In this document: positions 57,408-64,000 of the stretch, piece by piece
Position numbering within the stretch: position 1 is the first letter of the stretch
Layout of the letters: each line of letters begins with the position of its first letter
DNA from: an uncultured Collinsella sp.
Lineage (GTDB): Bacteria > Actinomycetota > Coriobacteriia > Coriobacteriales > Coriobacteriaceae
Length of the DNA stretch: 64,000 nt
Reading direction: 5' to 3'
NCBI GenBank assembly: GCA_902492935.1
Contig: CABUNJ010000004.1
Span: forward strand, 38,589 to 102,588
Position numbers and translations under genes: made by a program
Notes under the pieces: model-generated
What the model was told of the DNA's origin: nothing
What the model saw: the letters and a program-made list of their open reading frames with translations, nothing else
Databases searched by the model: none

Positions 57408-59237
57408 GTGCGCAATCTCAAAATACTGTTTTCCTATCTAGGGGCATACCGTCGCGATGCCATCCTCGGTGTGTTCTTTGTGTCGGTCGAGACGGTGCTC
57501 GAACTGTTTATCCCGGTCATCATGGCCAACATCATCGATGTGGGCGTGCCTGCGGGTGATATCAACTACATGCTGCTACAGGGCGCGTACATGTTGGTGT
57601 GCGCTGCGCTTTCGCTGGTACTGGGCTTGGGTTATGCCCGCACGTCCGCCCGCGTTGCCTCGGGCCTAGGCGCTAACCTGCGCGAGGCCGAGTACAAAAA
57701 GATTCAGACGCTCGCTTTTGGCAACCTGGACAACTACGACGCCAGCTCGCTCGTCACCCGCATGACCACGGACATCACCGTTATCCAAAATGCTGTGGGC
57801 AACGGCTTTCGCCCTATGGTGCGCGGCCCGGTGACGCTTATCGTCGGCCTTATCTACGCGCTGATGCTGTCGCGCCCGCTCGCCACCGTCTTTGCGATCA
57901 TCTTGCCCGTGCTGGCAATCGTACTGGGCGTCATCACCTATCGCGTCAGTCCGCTCTACCGCCAACTCCAGACCTCGATGGACCACCTCAACGGCGTGGT
58001 ACAGGAAGACCTCACCGCCGTGCGTGCCGTCAAGGCCTACGTTCGTACCGAGCACGAGGAGGCCAAGTTTGACACCGTCAATACCGAGCTCGCCGGCACG
58101 GCGACGAAGACGTTCGGCAATGCCGTGCTCAACCTGCCGGTGTTTCAGCTGTCGATGTACGTGGCCGCGCTTTCTATCCTGTGGATCGGCGGACGCATGA
58201 TTCTCGCCGGCGAGCTGGGCGTGGGCTCACTCACGGGCTTTATGAGCTACGTCCTGCTGATTATGAACTCGCTCATGATGATCTCCAACGTATTTTTGCT
58301 GCTTACGCGCGCTCTTACGAGTGTGGGCCGTATCGCCGAGGTGCTCGATGAGGAGCCCTTTATCGCCAACCCCGCGGGAGACCTCGCGATTGCGGCGCCA
58401 GCGGACGGCAGTATCGAGTTTCGCGACGTTTCCTTTAAATACCGCGCGGATGCAGCCGAGGATGTGCTCGAGCATATCGACCTTCGCATCGAGAGCGGCT
58501 CGACGGTGGGCATCCTCGGCGGCACGGGTTCGGGCAAGAGCTCGCTTGTGCAGCTGATTGCGCGCCTGTACGACGCCACCGAAGGCGCCGTGCTTGTGGG
58601 CGGACGCGACGTGCGCGACTACGACCTCGCCGCCTTGCGCGACGCTGTGGGCATTGTGCTGCAAAAGAATGTGCTGTTTACGGGTACCGTGCGCGAGAAC
58701 CTGCAGTGGGGCGCGCCCGATGCCACCGACGAGGAGTTGTTGGATGCCTGCCGCGCGGCGTGCGTGGACGAGTTCCTTGATCGCATCGGCGGGCTGGACG
58801 GCGAGTTGGGCCAAGGCGGCGCTGGTGTTTCGGGTGGCCAGAAGCAACGCCTGTGCATCGCGCGCACGCTGCTCAAGCATCCGCGCGTGCTCATTTTTGA
58901 CGACTCCACCAGTGCGGTCGATATGGCGACCGACGCCAAGATCCGCGAGCATATCGCCCGGATTTCCGATACGACCGTGCTCATCATCGCCCAGCGCATC
59001 GCGAGTGTCATGGATGCCGATCGCATTGTGGTATTGGACGACGGTCGTGTCCACGGCGTGGGCACGCACGAGGAACTGCTAGCGGGCGACAACATATACC
59101 AGGAGATTTATGCCTCGCAGATGGAGTTTGCGGGGAACGCGGACGCCGGCGACGGCAGCGACGATGGTTGCGCGAATGATCCGTTTTCCTCCGTTGCATG
59201 CGGATCGCCCTTGGAAGGGGGCGAGCGCCATGCCTAA
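57408..59237 (+). CDS. ABC exporter permease/ATPase subunit with degenerate catalytic site
   Basis: 609 aa. Walker A GGTGSGKSS, signature VSGGQKQR. Walker B is LIFDDSTSAVD, with Asp in place of the catalytic Glu. Confidence 0.88.
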   Translation: MRNLKILFSYLGAYRRDAILGVFFVSVETVLELFIPVIMANIIDVGVPAGDINYMLLQGAYMLVCAALSLVLGLGYARTSARVASGLGANLREAEYKKIQTLAFGNLDNYDASSLVTRMTTDITVIQNAVGNGFRPMVRGPVTLIVGLIYALMLSRPLATVFAIILPVLAIVLGVITYRVSPLYRQLQTSMDHLNGVVQEDLTAVRAVKAYVRTEHEEAKFDTVNTELAGTATKTFGNAVLNLPVFQLSMYVAALSILWIGGRMILAGELGVGSLTGFMSYVLLIMNSLMMISNVFLLLTRALTSVGRIAEVLDEEPFIANPAGDLAIAAPADGSIEFRDVSFKYRADAAEDVLEHIDLRIESGSTVGILGGTGSGKSSLVQLIARLYDATEGAVLVGGRDVRDYDLAALRDAVGIVLQKNVLFTGTVRENLQWGAPDATDEELLDACRAACVDEFLDRIGGLDGELGQGGAGVSGGQKQRLCIARTLLKHPRVLIFDDSTSAVDMATDAKIREHIARISDTTVLIIAQRIASVMDADRIVVLDDGRVHGVGTHEELLAGDNIYQEIYASQMEFAGNADAGDGSDDGCANDPFSSVACGSPLEGGERHA

Positions 59238-61128
59238 GACCGCAGCCCAAGCACGCCCGGCCGACCTCAAGCGCACTGTGCGCCGCTTGCTCTCCTACAT
59301 GGGGCATGCCAAGTTCTCGTTGCTCGCGGTGGGCGTGCTCGCCTCCGTCGCCGCCGTCGCGAGTCTTGTCGGCACCTATATGGTGCGCCCCATCGTCAAC
59401 GGCCTGGCCACGGGCGGCGAGGAACTGCTCGCCAAGCAGGTCATCCTGACGGCGATCATCTACACCGCGGGCGTGCTCTCGGCCCTGGGCTACTCGCAGA
59501 TCATGGTGCGCGCGGCCCAACGCGTGGTGTCCGAGGTTCGCCGCGATCTGTTCGCGCACATCCAGACGCTGCCGCTCAGTTATTTTGACAGCACGCGCTC
59601 GGGCGACATCATGAGCTTTTTCACCAACGATGTCGACACCGTCTCCGAGGCACTCAACAACAGCTTTGCCAACGTGATTCAGGCGACCATCCAGGTGATC
59701 GGCACCACGGCCATGCTCATCATCCTTAACTGGCAGCTCACGATTATCACGCTCGTGTGCGATGCGGCCATTGTGCTGTATGCGCGCTACTCGGGCGCGC
59801 GCTCTAAGCGCTTCTTTGCCGCCCAGCAGGCATCGCTTGGCGACCTGGACGGATATATCGAAGAGATGGTCTCGGGCCAAAAGGTCATCAAGGTCTTTAA
59901 CCGCGAGGCGGCGAATGTCACCGGCTTCACCTGCCGCAACGACGAGCTTCGCCGCACCGGCACCGCCGCCGTGAGCTATGCCAACTCCATGGTGCCCATG
60001 ACCGTCGTGATTGGCTACGTCAACTATGCCATCGTCGCCGTGGCGGGCGGCATGCTCTGCATCAAGGGGCTCGCCGACGTAGGTGCGCTTGCAAGCTACC
60101 TGGTCTTTGTGCGCCAGGCGGCCATGCCCATCAACCAGTTTACGCAGCTGGGCAACTTCTTACTCAACGCGCTGGCCGGTGCCGAGCGCCTGTTTGCCGC
60201 GATGGACCTTAAGCCCGAGGTGGACGAGGGCTGCGTGGAGCTGGTGCAGACGGGCGACGCCGCGTGGGCGTGGAAGATTCCTAAGGGTCAGGGCGTGGGC
60301 GCGTACGGGCATCTGCATGACGTGGCAGCCGTTGATGAGTCGGGCCGCGCGGTGGCCGCCGACGGCACCGAGCTTACGTGCGGCTTGGTTCCGCTTGCCG
60401 GCGACGTGCGCTTCCACGCCGTGGACTTTTCCTACGTGCCGGGCACCCGCGTGCTCACGGACCTCAACCTGTTTGCCAAGCCGGGGCAAAAGATCGCCTT
60501 TGTGGGCTCCACGGGTGCCGGAAAGACGACCATCACCAACCTCATCAACCGCTTCTACGAGGTCGATGACGGCGAGATCACGTACGACGGCATCGACGTC
60601 AAGCACATTGCCAAGGCCAGCCTGCGCGGGTCGCTCGGCATTGTGCTGCAGGACACGCACCTGTTTAGCGGCACCATTGCGCAGAACATCCGCTTTGGCA
60701 AGCTCGACGCGACCGACGAGGAGGTACGCGCCGCTGCCGAGGCCGCCTGCGCGGATTCGTTTATCCGCCGCCTGCCGCGGGGCTACGACACACCGGTCAC
60801 GGCCGACGGCGCCAACCTGTCGCAGGGTCAGCGTCAGCTGCTCGCCATCGCGCGCGTGGCCGTCGCCGATCCGCCGGTGCTCATCCTGGACGAGGCCACG
60901 AGTTCCATCGACACGCGTACCGAAAAGCTCATCGAGCGCGGTATGGACCGCATCATGCGCGGTCGCACCACGTTTATGATCGCGCACCGCCTGTCCACTG
61001 TCCGCGACGCCGACGCCATCATGGTCCTCGAACACGGCCGCATCATCGAGCGCGGCACGCATGAAGAGTTGCTCGCCCAGCACGGCGAGTACTGGCAGCT
61101 GGCGCATGGCTTAAAAGAGCTGGATTAA
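59230..61128 (+). CDS. ABC exporter permease/ATPase subunit (canonical site)
   Basis: ORF 59110..61128. ATG 59230 overlaps the upstream stop. GSTGAGKTT, LSQGQRQ, LILDEATSSID. Confidence 0.88.
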   Translation: MPKTAAQARPADLKRTVRRLLSYMGHAKFSLLAVGVLASVAAVASLVGTYMVRPIVNGLATGGEELLAKQVILTAIIYTAGVLSALGYSQIMVRAAQRVVSEVRRDLFAHIQTLPLSYFDSTRSGDIMSFFTNDVDTVSEALNNSFANVIQATIQVIGTTAMLIILNWQLTIITLVCDAAIVLYARYSGARSKRFFAAQQASLGDLDGYIEEMVSGQKVIKVFNREAANVTGFTCRNDELRRTGTAAVSYANSMVPMTVVIGYVNYAIVAVAGGMLCIKGLADVGALASYLVFVRQAAMPINQFTQLGNFLLNALAGAERLFAAMDLKPEVDEGCVELVQTGDAAWAWKIPKGQGVGAYGHLHDVAAVDESGRAVAADGTELTCGLVPLAGDVRFHAVDFSYVPGTRVLTDLNLFAKPGQKIAFVGSTGAGKTTITNLINRFYEVDDGEITYDGIDVKHIAKASLRGSLGIVLQDTHLFSGTIAQNIRFGKLDATDEEVRAAAEAACADSFIRRLPRGYDTPVTADGANLSQGQRQLLAIARVAVADPPVLILDEATSSIDTRTEKLIERGMDRIMRGRTTFMIAHRLSTVRDADAIMVLEHGRIIERGTHEELLAQHGEYWQLAHGLKELD

Positions 61129-61176
61129 CCCGTTCGAGCACGATGCTTTGGCCCTCCATGCCCCTCACCTCGCCCC

Positions 61177-61241
61177 AAACCATCACAACATTCGACGTTT
61201 TTTGCCAAAATCGGGAAAAGCATCGAATGTTGTGATGGTTT
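61177..61241. repeat. 65-bp hairpin element, left copy
   Basis: 19-bp stem AAACCATCACAACATTCGA / TCGAATGTTGTGATGGTTT. 64/65 identical to 62419..62483. Confidence 0.8.
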
Positions 61242-61342
61242 TTCTACCACTCGACCGGGTGGAATCGCTTTCTTGCGCACGAAGGTGTGCGAACCCGTGA
61301 GCAGGGGAATAAGGTTGGTTATCCGACTCCATTGGAGGGCTC

Positions 61343-62380
61343 ATGGACCTGCCGATTGTCCTGTCCCATAAGACTGCCTGGCTGTACCACAACGTGGCGC
61401 GCCCGTCCGAGCCGCTCTCGCGAGCAAGCAGCCTATACGATGAGGACTCGCTTGCCAACGAGGCGGAGCCGACCGCGAGCCTGCCCAAATTGGGACTCGA
61501 TGCCAAGGGGCTGAGGGCTTCAACGGCAGTTAGGATCGTTACCGACTATCTGGTTTCGCTTGGTATTCCACGAGAAGAGCTCGATCATATCGACACGCTC
61601 GTCAACTTTGATTTTGAGCGCTCGACGCCGGCTGGATTTAGGTGCCACGTGTTTGGAGCGCCGATACCTCCAGGCCATCTTATCGAGGTGGCAGAGGGCC
61701 TTCTGGTGGTTGATGAGGCCATGTGCTTTGTCCAAGCGGGTTCGTGGATGAGCGAGCCCGAGCAGCTGGAATATGGCTACGAAATCTGCGCCCGATACCA
61801 TTTGAATCATCTGTCGACAGGCGATTATATCGAGATAGGGCAGAGGTATACCGTTGCCGATTTGATTGCTTATTGCAATGAGAACCGATCTCGTCAGGGG
61901 GCCATACGCGCGGCCGCCGTGCTCAGGCGCGTGCACGATGGCGCGCGGTCGCCCATGGAGACGGCCACCGCAATCTTGGTCGTAGCAAAACGTTCCCAGG
62001 GAGGGCTGGGATACACCAAGATCGAGCTCAACCATCGGGTCGATGTTCCCAACGAGTTCAAGTATCTCGCTAAGGCCGGGTATTTCGAGATCGACGTATA
62101 TGCGCCTGCGAGCGGTACGGGGATTGAGTACAACGGCTCGGACCATCTTGATAAACAGCGCAGCGCGTCGGATGCGGAGCGTATGACCGTGCTGAGCGCG
62201 CTGGGCTTTAGGATGATCGTTCTCACTGGGACTCAGTTTGCCCATCAGCTGCAATTGCACCGGGCGATGAACGCCATCGCGCTCGCTATGGGTCTCAAGT
62301 GCGACCGAAGCGAAGCGTTCCAGAAACGTCAGAACGACCTGCGAGAGTTCGTGATCCGGCACTGGGACGGCGGCCTTTAG
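61343..62380 (+). CDS. hypothetical protein with C-terminal DUF559/Vsr-like (PD-(D/E)xK) endonuclease-type motif
   Basis: 345 aa. C-terminus has FEIDVY...GIEYNGSDH...D..R...L...GFRMIVLT, the pattern of DUF559-type domains. Confidence 0.5.
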   Translation: MDLPIVLSHKTAWLYHNVARPSEPLSRASSLYDEDSLANEAEPTASLPKLGLDAKGLRASTAVRIVTDYLVSLGIPREELDHIDTLVNFDFERSTPAGFRCHVFGAPIPPGHLIEVAEGLLVVDEAMCFVQAGSWMSEPEQLEYGYEICARYHLNHLSTGDYIEIGQRYTVADLIAYCNENRSRQGAIRAAAVLRRVHDGARSPMETATAILVVAKRSQGGLGYTKIELNHRVDVPNEFKYLAKAGYFEIDVYAPASGTGIEYNGSDHLDKQRSASDAERMTVLSALGFRMIVLTGTQFAHQLQLHRAMNAIALAMGLKCDRSEAFQKRQNDLREFVIRHWDGGL

Positions 62381-62418
62381 GGGCGTTCCGGTCCTTCTAC
62401 GGGGTGCTGTGGGCAGGC

Positions 62419-62483
62419 AAACCATCACAACATTCGACGTTTTTTGCCAAAATCGGAAAAAGCATCGAATGTTGTGATGGTTT
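62419..62483. repeat. 65-bp hairpin element, right copy
   Basis: Direct repeat of 61177..61241 (one G/A difference in the loop). Confidence 0.8.
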
Positions 62484-62615
62484 GTATGCTGAGGATGGGC
62501 TTGGGAAGCCGGTCTTGTTCGAAGTGACCTGTCCTGTCGTACGGGTGTCGGCATGATTCCCTCGTGGGGTATTATGTTTTCCGAAGAATAAAACGCCGCG
62601 TGAGGGGAGGGCTGC

Positions 62616-63671
62616 ATGGACGGGCACGTGCAACATGACGGTTTTGGCCGCGACATCAACTACCTGCGCATTGCCGTTACCGACAAGTGCAATTTCCGCT
62701 GCATCTATTGCATGCCGGCCGATGGCGTGGCGCCCCGCGCGCACGACGAGCTGCTCAGCGCCGAGGAAATCGCCCGCTTTGTGCGCTTGGTGGCGGGGGA
62801 GGGCATTCGCCGCGTGCGTCTGACGGGCGGCGAGCCGCTGGTCAGCCGCCGTATTATTCCGCTCATTCGTGATATCCGCGCGATTCCGCAGATCGAGGAC
62901 ATTTCGCTCACCACCAATGGCGCCCTGCTGCCCAAGCTGGCGCCGCAGCTCAAAGATGTCGGGCTTGACCGCGTCAACATCTCGCTCGACACGCTCGACC
63001 CTACGCTGTTTGGAAAGATCACGCGCCTGGGTCGGCTCGAGCAGACCATGGCTGGCATCGATGCGGCGCTGGCTTGGGGCTTTGAGCCCGTTAAGGTCAA
63101 CTGCGTTGTGGTGCGTCGGCTCAACCAGGATGTGGCGGCTCTCGCGCGGCTGACCGTCGACCGCCCCATCCACCTGCGCTTTATCGAATATATGCCCATC
63201 GGCGACGAGCGCACGAGCTCGCATTGCGCTGTGGACCCGCATGCGCCCGCGCTCAATCCCGAGCTGTGGGACGCAAGCGATACCGTTCCGAGCGACGAGT
63301 TGCGGGCGCGCATCAATGCCGGGGCCGCCGCGGCGGGACTGGGCGAGCTCGAGCCGCTCGACATCAACGACGCTCCTGCCGGCGCGGGCCCTGCGCGCTA
63401 TTGGCACTTTCCGGGTGCGGCGGGAACGGTCGGCTTCATCAGTGCCATGTCCAACCATTTTTGTGCGAATTGCAACCGTTTGCGCCTGACGGCCGATGGC
63501 AACGTGCGTCCGTGCCTGTTCAGCGATGCCGAGTATTCGGTGCGTGAGGCGCTGCGCCGTGGTGATGATATGCAGGTACTTTCGATTTGGCGCGATGCCG
63601 TGGCCCACAAACCGCAGGAACACGCGATAATTGAGGGCACGCAACGATTTATGTCCCAAATCGGAGGATGA
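62616..63671 (+). CDS. moaA: GTP 3',8-cyclase (radical SAM)
   Basis: 351 aa. CNFRCIYC radical-SAM cluster and the C-terminal CxxCxxxxxxxxxxxxxC region (CANCNRLRLTADGNVRPC). Confidence 0.9.
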   Translation: MDGHVQHDGFGRDINYLRIAVTDKCNFRCIYCMPADGVAPRAHDELLSAEEIARFVRLVAGEGIRRVRLTGGEPLVSRRIIPLIRDIRAIPQIEDISLTTNGALLPKLAPQLKDVGLDRVNISLDTLDPTLFGKITRLGRLEQTMAGIDAALAWGFEPVKVNCVVVRRLNQDVAALARLTVDRPIHLRFIEYMPIGDERTSSHCAVDPHAPALNPELWDASDTVPSDELRARINAGAAAAGLGELEPLDINDAPAGAGPARYWHFPGAAGTVGFISAMSNHFCANCNRLRLTADGNVRPCLFSDAEYSVREALRRGDDMQVLSIWRDAVAHKPQEHAIIEGTQRFMSQIGG

Positions 63672-63675
63672 TCAT

Positions 63676-64000
63676 ATGGCCAAGAGCAGGTACGCCGATG
63701 CCACCAAGGCCGCTCGCAGGGCCGCGATGTCTGCCCACAAAGTCACGGCTGCGGCGAATGCTGGCAACGCCGACGCGTCCGCGCAGCCGTCTGCCAGTGC
63801 TGCCACCGAGTCTGTCCGTGACGCCCGTCGCGACGAGCTGACGCATGTGGACGCCAAGGGCGAGGTACGCATGGTCGACGTGTCCGACAAGGCCGAGACC
63901 CATCGCATCGCCATCGCCGAGGGCACCATTCTTATGCACCCCGAGACGCAGACCATGGTGCTGCAAGACCGCGCCAAAAAGGGCGACGTGCTCGCCTGCG
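63676..64000 (+). CDS. moaC: cyclic pyranopterin monophosphate synthase, 5' partial with about 50-aa Ala-rich N-terminal extension
   Basis: My own translation from ATG 63676; the frame is not in the ORF track because it runs off the window. It contains LTHVDAKGEVRMVDVSDKAET..AEG..KGDVLA. Confidence 0.7.
   Translation, partial: MAKSRYADATKAARRAAMSAHKVTAAANAGNADASAQPSASAATESVRDARRDELTHVDAKGEVRMVDVSDKAETHRIAIAEGTILMHPETQTMVLQDRAKKGDVLAC

Noticed and set aside
61177-61241. The 65-bp hairpins as integron attC sites
   Set aside because: There are no RYYYAAC / GTTRRRY core sites at the hairpin ends, no integrase nearby, and only one cassette.

Overview
High-GC chromosomal window. Gene content and style resemble a Coriobacteriia-like gut actinobacterium, but that is inference only. 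It is dominated by carbohydrate and sugar-acid catabolism. I call about 49 protein genes and found no rRNA, tRNA, CRISPR array or transposase. In order: serB-like and aspS; an ebgR-like/ebgA/ebgC/YgjI-like beta-galactoside locus; an orphan HPr-like gene; feoA-feoA-feoB plus the small Cys-rich Feo partner. A large pectin/hexuronate locus follows: a LacI regulator, uxaCBA, a GPH transporter, GH28, three esterases including a CE8-alpha/beta-hydrolase fusion, GH105, a TIM-barrel isomerase-like gene, a GltD-like and an enoate-reductase-like flavoprotein, and a DhuI-like RpiB-family isomerase with kduD. Then come GntR/GntP/IlvD-Edd dehydratase, an isolated AAA ATPase, a YczE-like membrane protein, HIT-GntP-GntR, kdgK-eda with a LacI regulator, glnA-glnR, htrA, ligA, a Phd/VapC module, a MATE pump, a heterodimeric ABC exporter, a DUF559-like gene, moaA and the start of moaC. 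The signals most worth follow-up are non-coding. (1) A roughly 130-nt leader with riboswitch-like features occurs twice, between kdgK and eda and upstream of the YczE-like gene; it has three invariant blocks separated by helices that differ in sequence but still pair. (2) A 58-nt 5'-UTR hairpin also occurs twice, with five compensatory base-pair swaps. (3) A bipartite direct repeat CCGTT-N16-CCGTT with exact 21-bp phasing lies upstream of four differently regulated sugar operons. (4) Two palindromic LacI-type operator regulons can be traced. (5) Several families of long REP/MITE-like palindromes are present, some flanking small low-GC cassettes. All calls come from reading the sequence and the ORF track by eye; no searches were run.
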